Assembly: GCA_021803215.1 (NCBI GenBank)
Contig: JAJZLV010000047.1
Location: forward strand, 300-62,650
Direction: 5' to 3'
Origin: Actinomycetes bacterium
Lineage (GTDB): Bacteria; Actinomycetota; Acidimicrobiia; Acidimicrobiales; Bog-793
Length of the DNA: 62,351 nucleotides
Part shown: positions 9,708-18,155 of the stretch, piece by piece
How the letters are laid out: every line of letters starts with the position of its first letter
Numbering within the stretch: position 1 is the stretch's first letter
The notes under the pieces: generated by a model
What the model saw: only the letters and a program-made list of their open reading frames with translations
Told to the model about the DNA's origin: nothing
Database searches by the model: none
Translations under genes and position numbers: made by a program

Positions 9708-10269
9708 GACCGGGCCGCCGAGCCGCGAGCTCAGCCAGCTCTTCGGCCTGTTGCCACGGAGAGTGGCAATCCAGCCGCTCTACTTTCTGGTCGGCCGAGG
9801 AGCTCCTGGAAAGCCCCATCTACATGGGCTTCTGTGAACGACGCGGGGCGGCCCGTGAGAGTTACGACACGCATGGTGGCAGGGCGAGCTTGCCGATCCG
9901 TCCAGCGCACCGTTAGGGTCTCCGCCGCACCACGTCGCTAGAGGACGGAACGCCACAAGCCCCGGCTGGGGGCGGCCCGGGGAGCTGGGCTTGCTCCGCC
10001 TCGAGAGCCGGGCCGGGCGACCGGCTGCTTGGAGGAGGCGACCGGTGGCCGGCATCTCGTCACCGACAGGCTCTCTTGGAGACCAAAGGAGTACGCCCCA
10101 AAAAAAGCCCTAGGGCAAGCACCGTCTGCACCTCGAACGGAGTCCCAGTCACTCCCGGCTCGGCCAGCCCTTCCGGCACCCTGCCACGAGACGCATGCGA
10201 CAAGACGGCAGCCCGCATCAAAGCACCCACCTGGAGCCCACGGGTTTCCGACTCCCAAGGAGGAGCACG

Positions 10270-10893
10270 ATGCGTAAGCCAACCCTTTTGGCGCTTACCA
10301 CCCTCACGGCGCTCGGCGCCACAGCCGTCGCGAGCACCAGCTACGTAGCCTCGCTCGGCAACACCACCCTCACCAGTGCCAGAAAGACCGAGAGCGCTGA
10401 CCTGCTCAGCTCTCTGGCTCGTAGCCGCTCGCCGGTTCCCACATCCCTCTTCATCCTCACCACGCTGGGCGGCGGCCGCGATCTGGTCGCCCTGCACGAC
10501 ATCCGCCGGGTCGACACGGCCAACTTGAGCCAGAAGACCGGACTTCCCATCGACAAAAAGAGGCACAAAAGGCCCCACGTATCGGTGAGCTCGACCTCGC
10601 TCATCGCCGCCACCCCGGCCACGACCGCCACCCCGACCACAGCAGGTGCCGCCCCGGCCGGCGGCGTCTGGTACCAGCTGCGGATGTGCGAGTCAGGCGA
10701 CAACTACGCCGAGGACACCGGCAACGGCTACTACGGCGCCTACCAGTTCTCCCTCCAGACCTGGTACGGGCTCGGCTTGAGCGGCCTTCCGAGCAGCGCC
10801 TCTGCGGCAGTGCAAGACCAGGCGGCGCAGGCGCTGCAGGCCCGCTCCGGCTGGAACCAGTGGCCACAGTGCGCCGTCACGCTGGGCCTTTGA
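10270..10893 (+). CDS. Secreted transglycosylase-like (Rpf-type) domain protein
   Basis: Signal peptide MRKPTLLALTTLTALGATAVAS. C-terminal WYQLRMCESGDNYAEDTGNGYYGAYQFSLQTW matches the Rpf/transglycosylase-like domain. Strong SD AAGGAGG at 10257-10263. Confidence 0.85.
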   Translation: MRKPTLLALTTLTALGATAVASTSYVASLGNTTLTSARKTESADLLSSLARSRSPVPTSLFILTTLGGGRDLVALHDIRRVDTANLSQKTGLPIDKKRHKRPHVSVSSTSLIAATPATTATPTTAGAAPAGGVWYQLRMCESGDNYAEDTGNGYYGAYQFSLQTWYGLGLSGLPSSASAAVQDQAAQALQARSGWNQWPQCAVTLGL

Positions 10894-10986
10894 TGATCGA
10901 CCAGCCATCGCGCTGCCGGGCACCCCTGGGCGCCGGGCGGCGCGGCGCCCATTGGCGCCACCTCGTGCCCGCCGGTCCAGTCTCCT

Positions 10987-11634
10987 TTGACGACGCAAGG
11001 TGGAGCCGCCCGGAGACCTCGTAGCATCGACGGCCAGAGGTGCGGGCGGGACGTGGTGACGAGGCGAGCGACCCGACAGGCCAAAGCGGTCTATGCGCCG
11101 GACGCCCTGCGCCGACAGCGGCTCCTCACCGCCGGGCTCTCCCTTCTTGTGGTGCTGGCCGCAGCCGGGGGCGGCGTCGCGGCCAGCAGGACGCTCCAGA
11201 GCTCGGGAGGGGTCGGGCTGGAGCTCGGAGCCTCTGCCGGCTGCCCGGCGGCGGGCGCAGTGTCGGCCGGAGGCCCGCCGAAAAGCCTCGGGAGCTGGCC
11301 GCTTCGCCTCGTCGCCAAGGGAACCTTCACCGAGCTCCTGGCGGAAGCGACCGGGCGGCTCCTCGCTTTGCAGGCCGGCCGGTCAGAAGAACGAAACCTC
11401 CGTCTGGCTGAGCTCGCCCCGTCCGGACGGCTGCTGCACACCTCGAAGAAGCTGGAAGGGGCGGCGCCTCTCGCGAGCTCGGCAGCTTCGAGCGGCGGTC
11501 GCCTCGTTGCCGGCGCCTGGGCGCCGCCGGATCAGGTAGGAAGAGGGAATGCGCTTTGGCTACTGGATCTCGACCGAGCACCCATTCGACGAAGTGGCCG
11601 CCGCCGCCCGGGAGGCGGAGCGGCTCGGCTATGA
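10987..11634 (+). CDS. Hypothetical membrane-anchored protein, possibly a truncated gene remnant
   Basis: The frame has high GC3 from ~11040 to ~11525 and one TM helix (LLTAGLSLLVVLAAAGGGVAA). It then runs 86 nt into the next gene, where GC3 collapses. No family recognised. Confidence 0.35.
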   Translation: MTTQGGAARRPRSIDGQRCGRDVVTRRATRQAKAVYAPDALRRQRLLTAGLSLLVVLAAAGGGVAASRTLQSSGGVGLELGASAGCPAAGAVSAGGPPKSLGSWPLRLVAKGTFTELLAEATGRLLALQAGRSEERNLRLAELAPSGRLLHTSKKLEGAAPLASSAASSGGRLVAGAWAPPDQVGRGNALWLLDLDRAPIRRSGRRRPGGGAARL

Positions 11635-12454
11635 CGCCGTCTACGTCGCGGATCACTTCATGCCACAGACCGAGCCGCCCCTCGGTCCCCGACTCGAGGC
11701 CTGGACGACGCTCGGAGCCCTGGCTGCCTGCACCTCGCGGGTGCGCCTCGGCGTCCTCGTGAGCGGCAACACCTACAGGCACCCGGCGGTGCTGGCGAAG
11801 ATGGCAGCCACCGTCGACCGGATCAGCGGCGGGCGGGCGCTTCTCGGGCTCGGGGCCGGCTGGCAGGCGAACGAGCACACCGCCTACGGGATAGAGCTGC
11901 CCGAGGTGCCCGAGCTGCTCGGCCGCCTCGATGAGGCCTGTCAGGTGATCAAGAGCCTCTTCGAGAAGACCTGGTCGGACTTCGACGGACGGTGGTACCA
12001 CCTGGCCAACGCTCCGCTCGAGCCGAAGCCGGTCCAGGACCCCCTGCCCCTCATTCTCGGGGTGGCGGGCGAGAGGGTGGCGATGGGCATCGCCGCTCGC
12101 CACGCAGAGGTGTGGAACTACTGGTCGACGCCGAAGACGATGGGCCACAAGCTCGAGGTGCTCGACACCCACTGCGAGCGGATCGGCCGTGACCCCTCGA
12201 GCCTCGAGCGGACGACCCAGGCCCTCGTCCAGCTTCGCGACGACGAAAAAGAGGTGGCCCGCCTAAGGAACGAGGAGAGCCGGAACTCGATCGCCGGCAC
12301 GCCCACCCAGCTGAGCGAGGATCTCTGCGCCTTCGCCGCTCTCGGCATCGCCGAGTTCATCCTGCCCGATCGCACCCTCGGCAAGGGCCACGCCGAGCGG
12401 ATGGAGCTCGCCGCCCGCTTCTTGGAGGAGGTGGCGGCGCCGCTTCGCTCCTAG
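11549..12454 (+). CDS. LLM-class (luciferase-like) F420-dependent oxidoreductase
   Basis: MRFGYWISTEHPFDEV start, AERLGYDAVYVADHF and LLGLGAGWQANEH motifs. Confidence 0.85.
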   Translation: MRFGYWISTEHPFDEVAAAAREAERLGYDAVYVADHFMPQTEPPLGPRLEAWTTLGALAACTSRVRLGVLVSGNTYRHPAVLAKMAATVDRISGGRALLGLGAGWQANEHTAYGIELPEVPELLGRLDEACQVIKSLFEKTWSDFDGRWYHLANAPLEPKPVQDPLPLILGVAGERVAMGIAARHAEVWNYWSTPKTMGHKLEVLDTHCERIGRDPSSLERTTQALVQLRDDEKEVARLRNEESRNSIAGTPTQLSEDLCAFAALGIAEFILPDRTLGKGHAERMELAARFLEEVAAPLRS

Positions 12455-13116
12455 TGCGAGACTCTGACATGTCGCAGCGGTACTGGCCCTTTTTCGACCT
12501 CGTCGTCCGCACGCCCCGTCTCGAGCTTCGCCCCATCGACGACGAGCTGGCAGTGGCGCTCGCCCCGATGGCCACGAGGGACATCTTCCCCGACGGCCGC
12601 TCGCAGTTCCAGCTCGACTGGCTCTATCTCCCCTCGCCCGAGAAGGAGCGGAGCTCGCTGCAGTACTGGTGGCGCAATCGAGCCGAGCTCTCGCCTGCCC
12701 ACTGGAAGCTCGACCTGGCGGTGCTGGTCGACGGCCAGCCGGCCGGCGTCCAGGACCTGTCAGCCGACCGCTTCCCCCTCCGGCGAAGCGTCGTCACCGC
12801 TTCCTGGCTCGCCCGTCGGTTCCAGGGGAGAGGTCTCGGCATAGAGATGCGCCAGGCCGTCCTCCACCTTGCCTTCGATGGACTGGAGGCGCTCGAGGCC
12901 CATTCGGCCGCCTTCGTGTCGAACGAGCGCTCGATCGCAGTCTCGCGAAGCGTCGGCTATGAGGAGAACGGACGGGAGCTCTCGCTCAGGGCAGGCAACG
13001 AGCCTGAGACCATTGTCAGGTTCCGCATGACGGCCGAGGGCTTCTCCTCGTCGCGCCGCGACGACATCGAGCTCGAGAGCTTGGAGCCCTGCCTGGCAGT
13101 GCTCGGACTCAGATGA
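12454..13116 (+). CDS. GNAT-family N-acetyltransferase (RimJ/RimL-like)
   Basis: RTPRLELRPIDDE N-terminal signature and acetyl-CoA site RRFQGRGLGIEMRQAVL. GTG 12454 overlaps the upstream TAG. ATG 12469 is an alternative start. Confidence 0.75.
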   Translation: MRDSDMSQRYWPFFDLVVRTPRLELRPIDDELAVALAPMATRDIFPDGRSQFQLDWLYLPSPEKERSSLQYWWRNRAELSPAHWKLDLAVLVDGQPAGVQDLSADRFPLRRSVVTASWLARRFQGRGLGIEMRQAVLHLAFDGLEALEAHSAAFVSNERSIAVSRSVGYEENGRELSLRAGNEPETIVRFRMTAEGFSSSRRDDIELESLEPCLAVLGLR

Positions 13117-14150
13117 GCGGAGCCGACCAGCCACTCCTCGTCTCCGCACCTGACAAGTTCCGCGGCTCTCTCACCGGTGCCGAGTTCTGCGGCGCGACGG
13201 CGCTCGCCTGCGAACAGGTGGGCTGGAGCCATGACTGCTGCCACCTGTCGGATGGCGGCGAGGGCTTCGGAGAGCTGCTCGGCAAGGACTACGAGCGCCT
13301 CTATTTCACTGTGAGCGGTCCCCTCGGCGAGCCGGTCGAGGCTCCCGTCTGGCTGAAAGAGGATCGGGGCGTGGTCCGAGGAGTGATCGAGTCTCAGCTC
13401 GCCTGCGGGCTCCTCCTCGCCGGGGGAGCCGAGCGCAACCGCCCGCTCGAAGCGAGCACCCGGGGGGTGGGAGAGCTCGTTCTGGCAGCCGTCGCGCAAG
13501 GGGCCGGAGAGGTGACTGTCGGTTGCGGCGGCTCGGCCTCGACCGACGGCGGGCGCGGCGCCCTCGAGGCGCTCGGCTCCTTCCCTCCGCCGGGCCCCGC
13601 CTCCCGCTACCGCCTGGTGGCCGCCTACGACGTCTCCATCCCCTTCTTGGAAGCGGCGCGAGCCTTCGGGCCGCAAAAGGGCGCCTCGCCCGAGGAGGTC
13701 TCCTTGCTCTCGGCCCGGCTCGAGGAGCTGGCAGGCTCCTACCGCCGGGGCGGGCTGGAGATCACCTCGGTGGCCGGTGGCCTGGTGGTCGCCGGGGCCG
13801 AGCTCGTCTCCGGCTTCGACCTGGTGGCGACGACAGCCGATCTGCCAGGACGTCTCGAAAGGGCCGCTGCCGTCGTGACGGGCGAGGGAAAGCTCGACGC
13901 CGGCTCGCTCAGGGGAAAGGTGACCGGCGGAGTGGTAAGAGCCGCCGCCTCGATGGGGCTCCCCTGCCTCCTCGTCGCAGGCACGGCCGAGACGCCCGCC
14001 TGGCGAGAGGCGACCGCCCTCGGCGCGAAGGTCGTCTCGCTCAGCGAGAGGTTCGGGCTGGAGGCGAGCCTCGAAGCGACCGCCCGCCTTGTGGGCGAGG
14101 TGGTCGTCGAGTGGCTAGAGCGCCTCGAGCCGGGCGCCGAGACGAGCTAG
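13113..14150 (+). CDS. Glycerate kinase family protein
   Basis: APDKFRGSLTGAE N-terminus and VTGEGKLDAGSLRGKV motif. ATGA overlap with the GNAT stop. Confidence 0.8.
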   Translation: MSGADQPLLVSAPDKFRGSLTGAEFCGATALACEQVGWSHDCCHLSDGGEGFGELLGKDYERLYFTVSGPLGEPVEAPVWLKEDRGVVRGVIESQLACGLLLAGGAERNRPLEASTRGVGELVLAAVAQGAGEVTVGCGGSASTDGGRGALEALGSFPPPGPASRYRLVAAYDVSIPFLEAARAFGPQKGASPEEVSLLSARLEELAGSYRRGGLEITSVAGGLVVAGAELVSGFDLVATTADLPGRLERAAAVVTGEGKLDAGSLRGKVTGGVVRAAASMGLPCLLVAGTAETPAWREATALGAKVVSLSERFGLEASLEATARLVGEVVVEWLERLEPGAETS

Positions 14151-15404
14151 GTCCTCCCACCAGCCCGGATAGGTTTTGGTCACGCAGTCGGCCCCGGCTA
14201 TCACGAGGCCCTCGACAGCCGTCCCGAGGGCGCTGAAGGCCATCGCCATACGGTGATCCCCGTAGCTCTCAACCACCCCGCCGGCCAGGGGGCGCCCACC
14301 GCGCACGACGAGCAGGTCGCCTTCGATCTCAACCTCGCCACCGAGGCGGGCGAGCTCGTCGGCGACGGCCCGCGGCCGGTCGCTCTCGTGCCCCCGACTC
14401 ACCGACAGGCCGCTGAAGCGGCTCTCACCGGGCGCCAGGGCCGCCAGGACCGCCAGGGTAGGAAGCTGGTCCGGCATCGGCGCCAGGTCGACCTCGACCG
14501 GCCGGAGGCCACCAGGAGGTGCCGCCACTGTGACGCCGCCGGCCTCCCCTCTTCGCACGAGGGCTCCCATGGAGCCGAGGACATCGACCACCGCAGCGTC
14601 GGGCTGCAGGGTTCCGCCGGCGTTCGTCACGGTCAACTCGCCCCCGCTCGCCACGGCAGCCGCGAAGAGGTGGGCGGCCGCGCTGGCGTCGTAGCCGGCC
14701 TCGTAGGAGCCGCTCCGGTAGCCCGAGCCAGACGGCACGAGAAAGCTCGTCTGGCCGGTTCGCTCGACTCGCGCTCCGAGCTCTCCCATGAGCGCCACGG
14801 TGAGCTCGACGTACCCGCCGGCGCCCAGGCGCTCCACGACAAGCTCGACGTCGCTCTTGGCGTACGGCGCCACGAGGAGAAGGGCCGTGGCGAACTGCGA
14901 GCTCTTGGCGGCGTCGACCACGATCCGACCGCCCTCGAGGCCGGACGAGCTGATCGTGAAGGGCGCAAGGCCGCTGTTGCTCTCGACCCGGGCACCGCAT
15001 CGCTCCAGCGCCTCGAAAAGAGCACCGATCGGCCGGCGACGGAGCCCAGGCGCTCCATCGAGCACCACGGGGCGGTCGGCCAGGAGCGAGAGGGCGGCGA
15101 GAAACCTGAGGGTGGTGCCCGAGAGGGCGGCATCCACCACCTGGCCGGTGGGGTGGAGCTGTCCGCCGCTCCCTGCGACGGTCGCTCTCTCGGCCGCAAG
15201 GCTCACCTCGACTCCGAGAGCGCCGAGGCCGGCGGCCATGGCGTAGGTGTCGTCGCACAGGAGCGGGTGGCGGACCTCGCTCTCTCCCTCGGCCAGCGCA
15301 GTCATCGCAAGAAGGCGGTTGGTGATGCTCTTGCTCGAGGGAGCTCGCAGGCTGCCGTGGAGCGGCCCAGGATGGATGGCGAGGGTCTTGTCTGGGATCG
15401 GCAT
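14115..15404 (-). CDS. aroA: 3-phosphoshikimate 1-carboxyvinyltransferase (EPSP synthase)
   Basis: LHGSLRAPSSKSITNRLLAMTALAEGES N-terminal motif, full length. Start moved to ATG 15404 (MPIPDKTLAIHPG), which abuts the upstream gene stop at 15406. Confidence 0.9.
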   Translation of the reverse strand: MPIPDKTLAIHPGPLHGSLRAPSSKSITNRLLAMTALAEGESEVRHPLLCDDTYAMAAGLGALGVEVSLAAERATVAGSGGQLHPTGQVVDAALSGTTLRFLAALSLLADRPVVLDGAPGLRRRPIGALFEALERCGARVESNSGLAPFTISSSGLEGGRIVVDAAKSSQFATALLLVAPYAKSDVELVVERLGAGGYVELTVALMGELGARVERTGQTSFLVPSGSGYRSGSYEAGYDASAAAHLFAAAVASGGELTVTNAGGTLQPDAAVVDVLGSMGALVRRGEAGGVTVAAPPGGLRPVEVDLAPMPDQLPTLAVLAALAPGESRFSGLSVSRGHESDRPRAVADELARLGGEVEIEGDLLVVRGGRPLAGGVVESYGDHRMAMAFSALGTAVEGLVIAGADCVTKTYPGWWEDLARLGARLEAL

Positions 15405-15405
15405 C

Positions 15406-16542
15406 TCACTCACCAGAGCGCCTCGTCCGGAGGCGATCCTCTTCGACGACTTTGCCACCTGGAGAGCGGTGCGCCGGCCGCTTCGGCATCTCGAGAGCCA
15501 GGGCGACGTGGCTCCGCTCGCCCGACCAGGGCGCGAGAGGGGCGACGACCTCGTCGGCCAAGCGGTAGGCGAGCGAGTCGTAGTCCACCCTCCAGCCCTT
15601 GAAATGCGGCCAGGCTTGCTCAGCCGTCCTCTCGAGGACGACGCCGACCTCTGAAATCAAGGCGACGGCCTGGGCGAACTCCTCGTAGCCCAACTGGATC
15701 TCCGAGTCTGGGAGCGGGTCCGGGTCGTACTCCCGCCCGAGCAGGCCGGCTATGCGCCTAAGAGCAGTAAAGCCCATCCGGAGGCAGAAACGGGCCTCCG
15801 TGGGAGCGCTCGAGGGCATGAGCGAGAGATGGAGGGCGGCGGCATCGAGGACGGCGAGCTGGGCGAGGAGGGATGAGTAGCCGATCGCGGGCGAGCCGAA
15901 CAAGAGCCGGATCGGATAGCTGACGTGGCTCTCCGCCAGGTCGGCCGACCACTTCTCCCAATCGCGGTAGAGATCGGGCAGGGCATCGAAGCTCGCAACC
16001 AGCTGGTGCCTGACGAACACCTCCGGGCCCAAGGCCGGAAGGCCGGCCCGGCTCTCCATCAAGGTCACGAGCGACTCCCGGCGGTTGAAGGCGTCGTAGA
16101 TCACGGGCAGGCAGCCGATCTGGAGCGCGATGGCGACGCCACCCGTTATGGCGGCCAGCACCTCGATGCCGGAGTTGCCCGGGCCGCTCCTGGCTGCGAT
16201 GCCGGCCGTGAAGAGCTGGCTCGAGGCCAGCCTGGCTGCTGATGCGAACGAGCCGGCCGAGGCCGTGAGGGCGACCCAGTAGCCGAGGAGGAAAAGGGCG
16301 AGGAAGCTCGCCAACTGGCCGAGGAGGGCCAACGGGGCGATGGTGGCGAGCACCGTGTCCTTCGCCCGGACCGAGCCGAAGAGGCTCGCCAGCCGGACGC
16401 CGGCGGAGCGCACCCCGCGGTTCACCATGAACGCCAGCCGCATTGCCCAGCAGGCTCGCCGGGGCACGACGAAGGTGGCTGTCATGCTGACGAAAGTCGA
16501 CACCACGACGACGAGGCCGGCCACCAGTTCGAACGCGTGCAT
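15406..16542 (-). CDS. Hypothetical integral membrane protein with soluble C-terminal domain
   Basis: Four to five hydrophobic helices in the first ~170 aa, then a ~200-aa hydrophilic domain. No family recognised. Start taken at ATG 16542 (MHAFELVAG). Confidence 0.65.
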   Translation of the reverse strand: MHAFELVAGLVVVVSTFVSMTATFVVPRRACWAMRLAFMVNRGVRSAGVRLASLFGSVRAKDTVLATIAPLALLGQLASFLALFLLGYWVALTASAGSFASAARLASSQLFTAGIAARSGPGNSGIEVLAAITGGVAIALQIGCLPVIYDAFNRRESLVTLMESRAGLPALGPEVFVRHQLVASFDALPDLYRDWEKWSADLAESHVSYPIRLLFGSPAIGYSSLLAQLAVLDAAALHLSLMPSSAPTEARFCLRMGFTALRRIAGLLGREYDPDPLPDSEIQLGYEEFAQAVALISEVGVVLERTAEQAWPHFKGWRVDYDSLAYRLADEVVAPLAPWSGERSHVALALEMPKRPAHRSPGGKVVEEDRLRTRRSGE

Positions 16543-16593
16543 GGTGCGCGCATCTTTGCAGGAATCGCCGGCCCACAAGAACGGCCTCGATCA

Positions 16594-16620
16594 GTTTTCT
16601 TATGTGGCCCGAGCGGGTAT
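16594..16620 (+). promoter_or_regulatory. SigB/SigF-type promoter (GTTT-N17-GGGTAT)
   Basis: GTTT at 16594-16597, 17-nt spacer, GGGTAT at 16615-16620. It lies ~45 nt upstream of the small ORF start at 16666. Confidence 0.6.
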
Positions 16621-16665
16621 TTGCGACAGACCTAGCTATTCCAGACTGCTGGAGGAGACGAATAG

Positions 16666-16821
16666 ATGGGTTTGATTCTCTTGGCTTTCCTGCTGGTGCT
16701 GCTCTTCGCGGGCCTCGGGTTCGCGATCCATTTTCTCTGGATCGTCGCAGTGATCGCGTTCTTGATCTGGGTCATCGGATTCTTCGTAAGGGGCGCGGAG
16801 CGACGCTGGTACCACTGGTGA
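16666..16821 (+). CDS. Small hydrophobic membrane protein (51 aa), absent from the ORF track
   Basis: My translation: MGLILLAFLLVLLFAGLGFAIHFLWIVAVIAFLIWVIGFFVRGAERRWYHW. SD GGAGGAG at 16651-16657. It resembles the conserved actinobacterial two-TM 'hydrophobic protein' family ending in RRWY.W (from memory). Confidence 0.75.
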   Translation: MGLILLAFLLVLLFAGLGFAIHFLWIVAVIAFLIWVIGFFVRGAERRWYHW

Positions 16822-16849
16822 CGATGCATTGAGAAAGGGCCTCAGATTT

Positions 16850-16889
16850 GAGAAGGGGCCTCGCCGGCGGTCCGGTGGGGCCCCTTCTC
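16850..16889. terminator. Hairpin between convergent genes (11-bp perfect stem)
   Basis: gagaaggggcc (16850-16860) pairs with ggccccttctc (16879-16889). A second copy of the left arm, gagaaagggcc, is at 16831. No clear U-tract on either strand. Confidence 0.4.
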
Positions 16890-16999
16890 CTCGTCGGCGC
16901 CCTGGCATCAAGCTCTCGCCCGGCGAGTACCGGACACCGCCTGTCAGGACAACGGGCCACTCGCTGGGGGGCCACTCGGCGGCCAGCTAGGACGGACGC

Positions 17000-17206
17000 T
17001 CAGGCGATCTCGCCCTCGCCCTTCACCTCGGCACCGGTCTCGACAGCCTTCTTGTAGTTGGCGGCCACCTCCTGGGCAAGCTGCTCGCCGTCTGCCGCGG
17101 CCTCCTCCTCGGCGGTCGGCGGCCGGTCGGCCCGGTGCGAGGCCTTCGCCTCCTCCTCCTCGGCTCTCTCGGTCTCCAGGTCTGGTCTCGTGTGGTCTCT
17201 CGCCAT
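17000..17206 (-). CDS. Small acidic hypothetical protein (68 aa)
   Basis: MARDHTRPDLETERAEEEEAKASH...YKKAVETGAEVKGEGEIA. Start moved to ATG 17206 because a GGGTAT -10-like element (17243..17238) lies inside the longer track ORF. Confidence 0.55.
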   Translation of the reverse strand: MARDHTRPDLETERAEEEEAKASHRADRPPTAEEEAAADGEQLAQEVAANYKKAVETGAEVKGEGEIA

Positions 17207-17391
17207 GGGTGCTCTTGTAGCTTTCGGTCTTTCGGCGATACCCACCGCATCCGATCAGCTACCGGGGAGCAGCGCTTGGCTCGCTCGGCGCTACCGTCGT
17301 GTGATCTCCGCGAGGATCGGTGGGGCACCTATGGGGATGACGGCAGCCCGAACGGCGGTCTGCCGCAACGAGAGCTAATCGGAGGGCACCC

Positions 17392-17730
17392 ATGGAAGAA
17401 GAGTTCGAGGTAGCCGAGCACGACGGCGACATCCCGGTCCTCGCCGTCAGGGGTGAGATAGACGTCTCGACCGCGCCCGAGCTCCGCGACCGGCTCGTCC
17501 AGATCAACCAGCGAGGCACCACGACGGTCGTGGTCGACCTGAGCGAGGTGAGCTTCCTCGACTCGACCGCCCTCGGGGTCCTCGTGAGCGGCCTCAAGCG
17601 TTTCCGCTCCGCCGGGGGTGACCTGAGGCTCGTTGTCACCGGCCGGAGCGTCTCCAAGGTGCTCGAGATAACCGGGCTGCACGAGGTCTTCAAGATCTAC
17701 GAGACGGCCGAAGCGGCGGTGAGCGCATGA
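17392..17730 (+). CDS. STAS-domain anti-sigma-factor antagonist (RsbV/SpoIIAA-like)
   Basis: LAVRGEIDVSTAPELRDRL...VVVDLSEVSFLDSTALGVLV with the phosphorylatable Ser context. SD GGAGGG upstream. Confidence 0.9.
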   Translation: MEEEFEVAEHDGDIPVLAVRGEIDVSTAPELRDRLVQINQRGTTTVVVDLSEVSFLDSTALGVLVSGLKRFRSAGGDLRLVVTGRSVSKVLEITGLHEVFKIYETAEAAVSA

Positions 17731-18155
17731 GCCGAGACCTGCACGCAGACCGCGTCGAGCTCTCCATACCCGCCACGGTCGAGTGGCTCCTGCTGGCCCG
17801 CACCACCGGGGCCGCCATCGCCTCGCGCTGGTCGTTCACCTACGACGAGATCGCCGATCTGAAGCTCGCCATCGACGAGTTCTGCCTCACTCTCGTCGAG
17901 GGGCCGGGCGCCGAGCGACTCGATCTCGCCTATTACCTCGAGAACGACTCTCTCTGCCTCGAGGGACGGACCGTCCTCGCCACCCCGGGCAGCCAGGCGG
18001 CGAGTGACTCGGGAGCCACCGGCGCCGTGACCTTCTCGGCCGACCTCTCGGCTCGCATCCTCGACGCCCTCGTCGACGAGCACGGCATCAGCGACGGCCC
18101 CGGAGACGGCGCCAAGACGGCCTGGCTGCGCAAGAAGAGGAACCCCCTCTCCTAG
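17727..18155 (+). CDS. Anti-sigma factor (RsbW/UsfX-like)
   Basis: 142 aa, 4-nt overlap with the STAS gene and 1-nt overlap with the sigma gene. Its position and size match mycobacterial RsbW. Sequence similarity judged by eye only. Confidence 0.7.
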   Translation: MSRDLHADRVELSIPATVEWLLLARTTGAAIASRWSFTYDEIADLKLAIDEFCLTLVEGPGAERLDLAYYLENDSLCLEGRTVLATPGSQAASDSGATGAVTFSADLSARILDALVDEHGISDGPGDGAKTAWLRKKRNPLS

